A stretch of 64,000 bases of DNA from positions 1-64,000 of IMG/VR virus record IMGVR_UViG_3300035190_000190; one strand, given 5' to 3'. Below the pieces are notes generated by a model. It was not told where the DNA came from. It made no database searches and was given only the letters and a program-made list of their open reading frames with translations. The position numbers and the translations under genes were made by a program. Shown in pieces: positions 46,211-55,524 of the stretch (the first letter of the stretch is position 1; every line of letters begins with the position of its first letter). The stretch comes from a virus.

Positions 46211-48809
46211 CGTAATACTGTTTTAGCCAATTCCATTCAAACGTAAGCATTAGTTGATCCATATCACCAGCAACATCATTGTAGTATTCTAGTGCGTCCT
46301 GTGCACCTTGTAAACTTGATTCAGCGCAGTTACCTTCAGCTGTTGTTAACCATACGTCCAATCGATAACGACTTTCGATACTGCCTGTACGCTCTACGTC
46401 ATCTTTAAGTTTAATACACTCTCTAAACGCAGTGCGCCATGTTAGCTCAGGTGTAGTATTATAATGCGCTGTAGCACTTAGTAGAGGCACTACAGCGTGT
46501 GCAGCACTCAGTGTAAAGTCTAACCCTGTATTAGTTGTAGCCAGTGTTAACCGCTTGTTATACGCAATTACACCCATGTGTCCGTACTCTAATCCGTTTA
46601 CTGGATTCTTAGCATGGAATATGTAGTGCTTAGGGCCCTGCAAGTAGTCTGGTTGCCAATCCCAATCAAAGTCGGTGTTAACTTCTAACTTAGCAAACAC
46701 AGCAAAGAACCAAGGTGTTGTGCTAGCTTCAGCGGCTGCTTTGTAAGCGTTAGCTCGACCATCGACATTTTGCACACGTTTAACTGATCTACGTGTTTGG
46801 TCTACTGTACTAATCAAATGTTCGTACCAACGTTCTGCATCTGGTTCACCATTGCTGATATAGATGATATCTAGTGCATGCTCATTAAACATAGAGTTTT
46901 TAGCAATATACGGATAATCGTATGCTTGTGTATTGATAGCAGATTTAGCGTCTCTAGGAGCTAAAATGTAGCTATTTCCGGCTGAAAAACCAACAATTTG
47001 CCTGTCTTTTGCGTACCAAATGCTTGGGTTATACTGTACACCACGATCGTAATTAAAAAACCACGTATAAGGATGTTTAAAATCGTGCGACTTAATTGCT
47101 GCAATTAAATCGTCGCCTGTGTACTGATGGCTAGGAATAGGTAGTCGCGGAACACGTTGTTCTTCGCAGTAGTTAATAACGTTAAACCAATCTAACAGTT
47201 CAAGTTCAACCATTTGCTGTTTAAAACTTTCTACGTGTATATAGAATGTATCACCGCGTGCTTGATTAGCACTAGGGAACACGTGTATCATTTCTTTCTG
47301 CCAGGGTTCGGGCTGCCAGCTAAAGTCAAAGCGTGCATAGTCACATAAGCTACTAATTATCCACACGTGTTCTGTTGCAGCAGTTGCCATAATACGTTTA
47401 AAGGTATCAAGGTAGTTGTCAACATAGCGAGTTGTTTTAATATCAGGGTGTTTCTTTTGTAGTTGTTCAATTTGATCATTATCATTGCCATGATCCACAA
47501 AGTAGATGTCATGCAGGTCATCTGGTATGACAATACTTTGATCTTGTACAAAGTTTAGGTTTGGAAATTCTTCTAAGCTGTTAGCCCATGCGGATGTACG
47601 TTCAAATTCCCAACGGTTAATTAAATAGGTATCACTCCACTTTTGATGTTGCGAACCAAATACATGTGTCATATAACTTTGCCACGGTTCAGCATGCCAG
47701 GCAAAATTAAAATCATCGTAGATGTTTTCACTGCTGACTACCCAAAACTTACTGGTCTTTGCTCGTGCTACGCAACGACGAATTGTGTCAATCATTGAAT
47801 TAACATAGCGTACTCGTTGTACCTGTGGATACTGTTCAACTAATTTTTCATATCGTGCTGTAGAACTAGCATTGCTCCGGTCAATAAAGAATATATCTAA
47901 TACTTGTATTACTGGGTTATCGTGTTGTCCTATAACAGGGATATCTCCAGCAAACTTAACTTCGGTTGCACCAGGAACAGTATAGGTCAATCCGATACTA
48001 GATTGAAACTCTGAGCCAAAGTGATATATGTAGGGAGGATCCTGCGGATGTGGTACCCAACCAAAGTCTACAGTATCCGCATTAACTTCTTCTGGTATAG
48101 TCCATAAGGTACGGTCAGGTAAGGTACGTGCTACTACTACATCAATATACTTTTCTTGTGTAGCACCCGGTACGTGATATTCAGGACCGCCTACTGAATT
48201 CCACACTGTAGGGAATTTATATATGTAGGGTTCTTCTGCTGGATGTGGTGCCCAACTAAAGTCAAATGATTCTTTGTCTATGTTAACAGGTACCTGCCAA
48301 CGGCTCATGTCACTTAAGGTACGAGCAAAGAAATCATCTACAAACTTAACAGCAGATGCACCAGGTACACGATACTCCGGGCCGCCAATACGATCCCATC
48401 CCCACTTAACAGGAAACTGATATATGTAAGGTGGATCTAATGGATCAGGTGCCCATCTTTGATCAATGCTAGTAGGATCTATGTTATCGGGTACATGCCA
48501 ATAGTCTAAATTAGGCAGACGATGTGTGTATGTTTCTTTATGATAGTTGTGTACTTTATCTTGTACAGTATACTTGTTAGCAAAGTGAGTGCCGCCATCC
48601 TGTTGCCATTGATTTGGCCATGTATGTATTTGATGTTGTTCCCAAGGCATTGCCTGAAAGCTAAAATCAAATCCGGTGTAATCATTTTGTCCATCGACGA
48701 ACCAAAAGAACTTGGTACGACTTAAACTAGCAGCTTCCGCTAGTGTATCGGCTGGCAGTTCAAATGGAAATAAGCCAGGCTTTGGGCCTGTGTAGAACAC
48801 ATCAAACAT
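46191..48809 (-). CDS. large multidomain protein of repeated GT-A-like domains plus three ~55-aa Pro/Trp repeats
   Basis: Four copies of 'D(V/I)F(Y/F)...T..FW.V....DF.W...PW'; C-terminal domain similar to 60792..61688 ('WRTAFRECIKL'). Confidence 0.6.
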   Translation of the reverse strand: MFDVFYTGPKPGLFPFELPADTLAEAASLSRTKFFWFVDGQNDYTGFDFSFQAMPWEQHQIHTWPNQWQQDGGTHFANKYTVQDKVHNYHKETYTHRLPNLDYWHVPDNIDPTSIDQRWAPDPLDPPYIYQFPVKWGWDRIGGPEYRVPGASAVKFVDDFFARTLSDMSRWQVPVNIDKESFDFSWAPHPAEEPYIYKFPTVWNSVGGPEYHVPGATQEKYIDVVVARTLPDRTLWTIPEEVNADTVDFGWVPHPQDPPYIYHFGSEFQSSIGLTYTVPGATEVKFAGDIPVIGQHDNPVIQVLDIFFIDRSNASSTARYEKLVEQYPQVQRVRYVNSMIDTIRRCVARAKTSKFWVVSSENIYDDFNFAWHAEPWQSYMTHVFGSQHQKWSDTYLINRWEFERTSAWANSLEEFPNLNFVQDQSIVIPDDLHDIYFVDHGNDNDQIEQLQKKHPDIKTTRYVDNYLDTFKRIMATAATEHVWIISSLCDYARFDFSWQPEPWQKEMIHVFPSANQARGDTFYIHVESFKQQMVELELLDWFNVINYCEEQRVPRLPIPSHQYTGDDLIAAIKSHDFKHPYTWFFNYDRGVQYNPSIWYAKDRQIVGFSAGNSYILAPRDAKSAINTQAYDYPYIAKNSMFNEHALDIIYISNGEPDAERWYEHLISTVDQTRRSVKRVQNVDGRANAYKAAAEASTTPWFFAVFAKLEVNTDFDWDWQPDYLQGPKHYIFHAKNPVNGLEYGHMGVIAYNKRLTLATTNTGLDFTLSAAHAVVPLLSATAHYNTTPELTWRTAFRECIKLKDDVERTGSIESRYRLDVWLTTAEGNCAESSLQGAQDALEYYNDVAGDMDQLMLTFEWNWLKQYYATKYTL
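47950..48500 (-). repeat. three protein-level repeats W.VP..ID...DF.W.PHP...PYIY.F....GP.Y.VPGA...K
   Basis: Visible in the translation at about aa 104-290. Confidence 0.8.
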
Positions 48810-49224
48810 CTAGTTGCTCTACTTCAATACCCGAAGATTTAAGGAAATTAATCCCGGAATTATCGCGGTAAGCAGTAGCATAGAATACTCGTTTAATACC
48901 ACTCTGATATATGAGCTTGGCACAATCCAAGCAAGGACTATGAGTAACAAATAAATCAGCATCAAGACCAGACTCAGTACTTCTAGCCAATTTCGCAAGT
49001 GCATTAGTTTCTGCATGTAATACCTCTGGTCTAGTTTTAATATTTCCATCTTCTAAATCATATTCACAGTTGTTGTCCCATCCACTAGGCATACCATTGT
49101 AGCCAATTGATACAATTCTATCATCTTTAACAACAAGTGCGCCTACTTTAAGTCTACGTGCTGTGCTTAGTTCAGCGTAGATGTGTGCAGCTCGCATGTG
49201 TGCTGTTTGATGTTTAGGCTTCAT
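48802..49224 (-). CDS. dCMP deaminase
   Basis: 'VGALVV', 'GYNG', 'HAETNA', 'SPCLDC'. Confidence 0.93.
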   Translation of the reverse strand: MKPKHQTAHMRAAHIYAELSTARRLKVGALVVKDDRIVSIGYNGMPSGWDNNCEYDLEDGNIKTRPEVLHAETNALAKLARSTESGLDADLFVTHSPCLDCAKLIYQSGIKRVFYATAYRDNSGINFLKSSGIEVEQLDV

Positions 49225-49615
49225 TTATTTCCTTGGCAATGATAGCTGCCCAACGTTCGGCATCTTGTTCTGTTACCCGTACATCGTAATGCTCTGGTGG
49301 TTCGAACACCTTATTTGTATCTTCAAATCTACCTAGTTTAATTGTATCTATCCATACAACATAGTCGGCATCAAAGATATCACGTATCTCTTTAGTAGGA
49401 GCAACAAAGTCACATATAACGTGACCGTTGCTGTCATCGGCTAACTTTTTCATACGTGTTGCTTGGCGTAGTCTACCTTCTTTGGAAAAGTCCCAATCAT
49501 TGTATTTGCTTCTAACTGCATCGGCATTGTACCATATACAATCTATCAATGTTGATAGTGCGTGTGCAAGTGTAGTTTTGCCCGAGCCTGGTAGACCACA
49601 AATTAATATTCTCAT
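49214..49615 (-). CDS. adenylyl-sulfate kinase-like protein (short CysC-like)
   Basis: P-loop GLPGSGKT, 'NADAVR...DWDFS.EGR.RQA', 'FEPPE'. Confidence 0.75.
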   Translation of the reverse strand: MRILICGLPGSGKTTLAHALSTLIDCIWYNADAVRSKYNDWDFSKEGRLRQATRMKKLADDSNGHVICDFVAPTKEIRDIFDADYVVWIDTIKLGRFEDTNKVFEPPEHYDVRVTEQDAERWAAIIAKEINEA

Positions 49616-51108
49616 GATAAAACTTTAACTCCGTATAGCTGTTCAAATCGATCTGCGTCAGCTCGATCATTTACCATCGGTTCGCCACGTATGTTTAAAC
49701 TTGTATTAAGTAACATCGGACACCCTGTCCATGTATACCATAAGCACAATAGTTCACGTATACCACTACCATCACGTGGAACAGTCTGTACACGACTTGT
49801 ACCATCTATATGTATTATAGCAGGAAATTCATCAGGACGCAAGCACTTTGCAGTGGTCTGCATGTATCTGCTTGTGGCAAATCCGTTGGGCATTTCGAAA
49901 TACTCATCGACAAATTCTTCAAGTATAATAGGAGCAAAGGGTCTAAACTGCTGACGACGTTTGATTTCATTTACCTTATCTTTAATATCAGGTCCACGTG
50001 GATCTGCCAGCAAACTTCTATTACCCAATGCCCGTGGGCCAAACTCTGCGCGGCCGTTGGCAACGCCAACAATCTTGTTGGTCATTAGCTCGGATACAAT
50101 ATCGGTGCAAGGATAAGGGCCACTAATATCATGGCCAAGAAAAGCATTATTCCAATTAAGTCGACCCCCGTGTGCCAATGCCGCCGCTCCAAGACTGCTA
50201 CCAGCATCACCAGGATTAGGCATAATCCATACGTTATCAAAGTATTCTCCCAAATCTCTATTAGCACTACAATTAAGCGCGACTCCGCCTGAATAGACTA
50301 GATTACTATTGGGTGCTAGCTTCATTGCCTTATACATTATATTATGTATTAAGTTTTCTGCTAATGTCTGCGCTGCATTAGCAATTTCAAATTCAGTCCA
50401 CTTAGCTTGCATATCATTATCGGGCAGGCCAACATGTAGATTGTGTTTTAATGTTAGATTAAACTCATGATCAACTAGCCAAGTCGACAGTTGATCACTC
50501 AGACGTGTGGTATTTTGTTTTGCCCAGCCTGCCATGCCCATCAAGATGTATTCTTCATCTAGGGGTTTAAGTCCAACTTCTTTAGTAAATGCACTGTACA
50601 TCAAACCGATGCTGTGTGGATATAGTTGTCGCCATACTCGGGTGTATTCAGCACGGCCATTAACATACTCGGCTTTCCATATACTAATAGTATCCCATTC
50701 ACCAATGGCATCGATTACCACAACTGTTGCGCTGTCAAACGGGCTAGTTTGAAAGCCAGCCGCTGCATGACTTAAATGATGATTGTATGTATTAATAGGA
50801 AGATGATGTATCGGAGCGTCCGGTACCATCTTTTCAAGCATACCGCGTACTGTCCACGGCGTGGTTAATTCACTATATTGACCAGCGTAAAGTTGACGTG
50901 TCTTTTTAATCCAAGGTCTTTCATAGTAGGCAATTTGGTCAGGCAAGCCATATGTTAGTGCATCTGATATCAAAGCATTGTTTAAATTTTGATCGTGTTT
51001 AATCTTACTGTAACGTTCAGCATGACCCGCAAAGACAATGTCATCGCCTTTGATTAATGTAACTGCTGCGTCATGAAACCCAGCACTAATTCCGAGAATA
51101 TTTTTCAT
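49612..51108 (-). CDS. carbamoyltransferase (NodU/CmcH/TobZ family)
   Basis: 'HDAA', 'ERYS', 'HHLSHAA', 'GGVALNC', 'EFGPRALGNRS', 'RPFAP', 'LNTSLN'. Confidence 0.95.
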   Translation of the reverse strand: MKNILGISAGFHDAAVTLIKGDDIVFAGHAERYSKIKHDQNLNNALISDALTYGLPDQIAYYERPWIKKTRQLYAGQYSELTTPWTVRGMLEKMVPDAPIHHLPINTYNHHLSHAAAGFQTSPFDSATVVVIDAIGEWDTISIWKAEYVNGRAEYTRVWRQLYPHSIGLMYSAFTKEVGLKPLDEEYILMGMAGWAKQNTTRLSDQLSTWLVDHEFNLTLKHNLHVGLPDNDMQAKWTEFEIANAAQTLAENLIHNIMYKAMKLAPNSNLVYSGGVALNCSANRDLGEYFDNVWIMPNPGDAGSSLGAAALAHGGRLNWNNAFLGHDISGPYPCTDIVSELMTNKIVGVANGRAEFGPRALGNRSLLADPRGPDIKDKVNEIKRRQQFRPFAPIILEEFVDEYFEMPNGFATSRYMQTTAKCLRPDEFPAIIHIDGTSRVQTVPRDGSGIRELLCLWYTWTGCPMLLNTSLNIRGEPMVNDRADADRFEQLYGVKVLS

Positions 51109-51744
51109 TTAAATCCATCCCAAAGACCTAATATGTTCATAAATTTTATCCGCTACTATTGCATGCCCTTCTTCTAAAAAATGACCGCCTGGGCCTTTCG
51201 GAGTATTATATGTCCAATCCATCATCGATTGGTTAGGCCATCCTACAAAATATTGGGTATCAATTTGAGAGGTAAGAGGTTTACATAATGATATTGTTCG
51301 TCTAACTACATCGCCAACCGAATTAAGTACAATTAACTTCTTATTGATATGCTGTATATAAGATTGCAATAAGATTATATTTAACAGATATTGTTTATAT
51401 AAGTAATCATCGGAATGATAACGATTTATATAATCCATCAATTCTGTTCGGAATGATACTTCCCCGGTAAACATGCGACCACGATGTCCCGGCCATGTAT
51501 CATATATTCCGTATTCATCAGCAAATTCAATTCGAGCAAAGTGGCTCCAAGCTACAATAATCAAATCATAATCAGCAGCATTTTCTACCACATTTCGAAC
51601 CATGCTAGTGTTACCTGTAGCAGGTTTTCCTAGATTAGTTAATTCACAGGATAGTTTATTTTGTAATATGTACGGCCAGGCTTGTTTAATGTCAGCTAAT
51701 TCATCGCCATACGTAAAACTATCACCGACAGTTAATATACGCAT
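51109..51744 (-). CDS. SGNH/GDSL-like protein
   Basis: 'VGDSFTYG', 'GN', 'GGHFLEEGH'. Confidence 0.7.
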   Translation of the reverse strand: MRILTVGDSFTYGDELADIKQAWPYILQNKLSCELTNLGKPATGNTSMVRNVVENAADYDLIIVAWSHFARIEFADEYGIYDTWPGHRGRMFTGEVSFRTELMDYINRYHSDDYLYKQYLLNIILLQSYIQHINKKLIVLNSVGDVVRRTISLCKPLTSQIDTQYFVGWPNQSMMDWTYNTPKGPGGHFLEEGHAIVADKIYEHIRSLGWI

Positions 51745-51845
51745 TATTTATAGATAAATGGGTCACGCTTGCGTAATTCTTTTAATTTCTTACGATAGTT
51801 TATTTCTAATTTAATTCTATTATATAAATTCTTTAACCAATTCAT
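51744..51845 (-). CDS. 33-aa 'KRDPFIY' peptide (carbamoyltransferase-associated, SxtK/DUF5989-like tail; not in the ORF track)
   Basis: MNWLKNLYNRIKLEINYRKKLKELRKRDPFIYK*; AAGGAG SD upstream; TAATG coupling to the next gene. Confidence 0.75.
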   Translation of the reverse strand: MNWLKNLYNRIKLEINYRKKLKELRKRDPFIYK

Positions 51846-52638
51846 TATAGTTCTCCTTAATGTATTTTGCAGCATCTACGTGTGCAGGCTCCAACGGATG
51901 AGTTGTAGCAAACGGATATTTAAAATCTCGTGCCCATGTGTAAAATCCTTGATTGTTTGGAAATGTTACCCACCGATCAAAATCAATTTGATTATACAGT
52001 GTGGTTATGTTTTCGTCATTCATTAGATATGTACAGTTATTTAACAGTGCTTCGTCTACCATTGAAAATATATATGGTATCTTTTTTAACTGTAGGTATT
52101 GTTGCAACATAGTAATTTCTGTTAGCGAATTATATGTTTCCCAATATTGTGTTCTACCAACGTGTTTATAGAATGTTTTAGCAAAATCACTAGTACCTGT
52201 TTGTTTAGCTCGTAATAAATGCTTGGTATGATGTTGTAATATCAAGTGATTATCTGCTTTAAATTCTTTTTTTATATCATCTACATTGTCTATAATTGAC
52301 CATGGAGTTAAATTATACCAATGCCCCCAGCGTTCTTCTGTATCATAATTAAATCTAAATTCATATCTGCCAGGAAATGTCCAAGTTACAAATACTAATC
52401 CAACATCTTGTACACGTTCACAAACATTCATTGTGGTTCGACGAATAGCACTGTTGCTAAATCCAGGATAGGCTGCACATTCATACTGCATTCCGAAATC
52501 TTTAGCCAGCAGTGCTGGGAAAGTACTTTGACTGACTATCTGTAATGCAGGATTAGGATTAGTGGTATCTTTGTGTGTAACACTATCAGCTAATTCACTG
52601 CCGTAAGTAAAACTATCACCCCCTGCTACTAAAATCAT
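51820..52638 (-). CDS. SGNH/GDSL-like protein
   Basis: 'GGDSFTYG', 'GFSN', 'VTWT...R.E', 'THPLEPAH'. Confidence 0.7.
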   Translation of the reverse strand: MILVAGGDSFTYGSELADSVTHKDTTNPNPALQIVSQSTFPALLAKDFGMQYECAAYPGFSNSAIRRTTMNVCERVQDVGLVFVTWTFPGRYEFRFNYDTEERWGHWYNLTPWSIIDNVDDIKKEFKADNHLILQHHTKHLLRAKQTGTSDFAKTFYKHVGRTQYWETYNSLTEITMLQQYLQLKKIPYIFSMVDEALLNNCTYLMNDENITTLYNQIDFDRWVTFPNNQGFYTWARDFKYPFATTHPLEPAHVDAAKYIKENYNELVKEFI

Positions 52639-53791
52639 ATCCAGTTCTCATTGTTGCTATCTGTTGTTGTTTATAATCTGCATCTGTCCAACAGTAGTCA
52701 AATATTTTCTTAACTCCGTCAACTTCTATACTGTAGATGTCTAAATGATTACTTAATTTATCCCATATTTCAAACATGTCGGAAGTACCAAAACTCGTAA
52801 CTAAATCAATTTGTCCTACTGGTAAGTATCCTAAACTTAACTTAGAATCTTGAGGATCTAAACCGTTTTCTATTAGCCAAAGTTTAAAGTCATGTTGTTC
52901 TTTATCATGCCAGGGATACTCCATGCCTATTGCAACATCTCTAGCCCATTCAACATCAAACTCTCCACTGTAGTACTCTAAGTGTGTAATTGCTTCGCAT
53001 ACTGTGTCAGTTAGCTCAGGGGCGCCTTCATCGCGCCATACTTCAAATAATGTTTTACCAATTTGGGTCCAATGCATGTATACTGTACCAAATCTGCGAT
53101 CATATCCGTTAGTTGAAAATCCCTGTCTATGTTCGTCAGTTAACGTATAGCGGTCTGCGTGCAAAAATGTGGTAATTTGACTAGGACGAATCCATTCAGG
53201 AATAACCACAGCTTTACGCTGACTTAAAATAAGAGTTTCCATTTCGTGACATAAGATGTTTAATTGTCTAATAGCATACTTTGTTTCGTGATCTGCCACA
53301 CAATAATATTTGCTTAAATTTGATACTGTTCCTTGAAGGCGTTCAAAATGATTATGTAATTGATTCAATACAGTGTGCTTAGGATGAAGTCCAATTTTTA
53401 ATCGATGAGAGAGATGGGCTTCAACACTATCTCCTCGCACCCGATCTTCTACTGCATACGAATCCGGAAAACGCACTGTATTAGGATGGAACCATTCTTC
53501 AATAATATAATTTTCAAGCCCGTGTTTAGTAAAGTCAAAATTATTAATTTGTTCAACTGCCGCATTGGCCGCCTCGCATAGGTATTCTAATGTGCGGGCA
53601 GTTTTAGGAAATCCCATAAAGCAATAATTTTTCTCTATTAGATTGCCGCTGATTAACAACTCCTTTAGTGCTATTAACCAATCTTTAGATAATTGTGTAT
53701 TATTCGGAATAATATAATATTCTATTAGATCAGTTTTGTCTAACGGATTACGTAGAGTTACTGTTACTTTAGATTGATTGGTACCATTCAT
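52616..53791 (-). CDS. conserved hypothetical protein adjacent to radical SAM genes
   Basis: 391 aa; 'LNQLHNHFE.L.G', 'LN..CHE.E', 'HWTQIGKT'. Confidence 0.75.
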   Translation of the reverse strand: MNGTNQSKVTVTLRNPLDKTDLIEYYIIPNNTQLSKDWLIALKELLISGNLIEKNYCFMGFPKTARTLEYLCEAANAAVEQINNFDFTKHGLENYIIEEWFHPNTVRFPDSYAVEDRVRGDSVEAHLSHRLKIGLHPKHTVLNQLHNHFERLQGTVSNLSKYYCVADHETKYAIRQLNILCHEMETLILSQRKAVVIPEWIRPSQITTFLHADRYTLTDEHRQGFSTNGYDRRFGTVYMHWTQIGKTLFEVWRDEGAPELTDTVCEAITHLEYYSGEFDVEWARDVAIGMEYPWHDKEQHDFKLWLIENGLDPQDSKLSLGYLPVGQIDLVTSFGTSDMFEIWDKLSNHLDIYSIEVDGVKKIFDYCWTDADYKQQQIATMRTGYDFSSRG

Positions 53792-55055
53792 ATACAGCCG
53801 GTCTCTCTTTTAATATGTCTGCTAGGGTATAGGTATCTTTACGTATACTTTCTAATTGTAGCACACGAGCCTTGCCTTTTGCAAGACTTACTTTATATGT
53901 ATCCTGCCACTGCTCATCGAACGTTGGTCGTGATTTTAACTGTACAAGTATATCCTGCATAGCACCAGAAGTCTCGGGTATTAGTTCGTCTAACCATGGG
54001 TGTAATAACTCGCGTGGGAGTGCAAGTGGACTAAGGATAATATCAGGGCTAAAGCTAAAAATAACTTTAGCTAAGATGTCTACACCTTCTTTTTCAGCAA
54101 GCTGGGTAATATTTTGTACTTCGAATAATCCCGGGAGGGTAAGCGTGAAGTCAATTCGCATTTGGCGTCTGTGACCTGCGATTCTAACTCCTTCACGGAA
54201 GTTTGTAAGCCATGAATTATAGTCAAGTCCTGTTCTAATATATTCTCCAATTGCTCCAGTTCCGTCGAGGCTGGCGCAGATTTGCCAGTCACGTAGCCCA
54301 GATAGAATATCCCTATAGAGATTGACGCCACGATAGTCGACGCGACTAAGATTTGTATTGTATCTTGCGTAAACATTTTTACCATCTCCTAGTTCAACAA
54401 TGCGTCGCATGTAACGCCAATGTTGTTCGTACATTAGTGGCTCACCGCCGACCCAATATACTTCCTCAACTTGATGATCGTCGACTGCTTGAGCAAACTC
54501 CTGTTCTATTTGACTATCTTGAAATTTTGATATTTCTTCTCGTATGTCTGGCTTCATCCAATTGTTCTTTGGGTTATGCCAGTTAATCATATTATGTTGA
54601 CGTTGTTCGGTTTCCCAAGCACTTGATAACATATCACCACACATACGACATTTAAAGTTACATAAGTTACTAAATCTATAATCCCAACTTACCGGGCGCA
54701 TAGTTGTGTAACCTGTTGCATCTGTTGTTTCTGTTACTTGTAAATATTTATTACCAAAGAGGCTATCAAAATAACTACGGTAAACGGATGTATTAAGCAA
54801 CTTATCATTGCACACTTCACATTCGGGTAATGTTTCGCCTGCCATCATACGTCGGCGCACTGACTTCATGTGGTCACTGTTCCAATGTTCTTCTAACGTA
54901 ATCGGAATGTATTTGCCTGTGCCAGCACTAGTATCTATATACTGTTCAAAGTTCTGTGCAGGCTCGCGTGAGGCACAACACATACGCCTTTCAGTTTGAG
55001 GACTAAGATATGTATGTACCCATGGTGCTAGGCAAAGTGTACTAGGTTTTTGCAT
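53769..55055 (-). CDS. radical SAM protein with N-terminal twitch-like domain
   Basis: 'CLAPW...MCC...CEVC', CNFKCRMC, GGEPL. Confidence 0.92.
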   Translation of the reverse strand: MQKPSTLCLAPWVHTYLSPQTERRMCCASREPAQNFEQYIDTSAGTGKYIPITLEEHWNSDHMKSVRRRMMAGETLPECEVCNDKLLNTSVYRSYFDSLFGNKYLQVTETTDATGYTTMRPVSWDYRFSNLCNFKCRMCGDMLSSAWETEQRQHNMINWHNPKNNWMKPDIREEISKFQDSQIEQEFAQAVDDHQVEEVYWVGGEPLMYEQHWRYMRRIVELGDGKNVYARYNTNLSRVDYRGVNLYRDILSGLRDWQICASLDGTGAIGEYIRTGLDYNSWLTNFREGVRIAGHRRQMRIDFTLTLPGLFEVQNITQLAEKEGVDILAKVIFSFSPDIILSPLALPRELLHPWLDELIPETSGAMQDILVQLKSRPTFDEQWQDTYKVSLAKGKARVLQLESIRKDTYTLADILKERPAVYEWYQSI

Positions 55056-55524
55056 TAAATATGTCTGCTACTTGTTGATGCCATGTATGATCGTAATGAT
55101 GCCCTAATTTTGATAGTGGCCACCGATCAGCATGATCCATATACGGAATTAAATCGTATAAAGTCATATCGATCAATGTTATATCTTTACACAATTGTTT
55201 AACTGTGTTTACTTGTTTGTTGAAATTTTCATGTAACCACTCGTCAGTGGCTGTATCCATAAAGTATATTCTATTAGCATCAGTAGCCAGTGACTGCGTA
55301 ATCTTTCCGTGTTCTGCATATTCAAATCGGCTCCAATCAGGCCATAATACATAAACAATTGCCGGGGTATGCTCGGCTAATAGTGCAGGCATGATTCTTG
55401 CAATTAAATCACTACTACATCCAGGAACACCACAGTTAGTTGCTCCTAATAGTGCCGGCCACGCCTCATGTGGCTGAACCCCAATACCATATGTATGACT
55501 ACAGCCAAATGCAAGATTATTCAT
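55042..55524 (-). CDS. small SGNH-like protein
   Basis: 'FGCSHTYG', 'PGCS', 'LWP..SRFE', 'GHHY...WH'. Confidence 0.6.
   Translation of the reverse strand: MNNLAFGCSHTYGIGVQPHEAWPALLGATNCGVPGCSSDLIARIMPALLAEHTPAIVYVLWPDWSRFEYAEHGKITQSLATDANRIYFMDTATDEWLHENFNKQVNTVKQLCKDITLIDMTLYDLIPYMDHADRWPLSKLGHHYDHTWHQQVADIFNAKT

Noticed and set aside
43032-49224. thyA and dCMP deaminase as a pyrimidine-hypermodification (hmdU/hmdC) pathway
   Set aside because: ThyA has canonical dUMP-methylating motifs (PCH, RSCD, PFN) and is paired with DHFR, which fits ordinary dTTP supply.
49214-52638. Saxitoxin biosynthesis cluster
   Set aside because: Only generic tailoring-type families are present; there are no sxtA, sxtG or other core genes.
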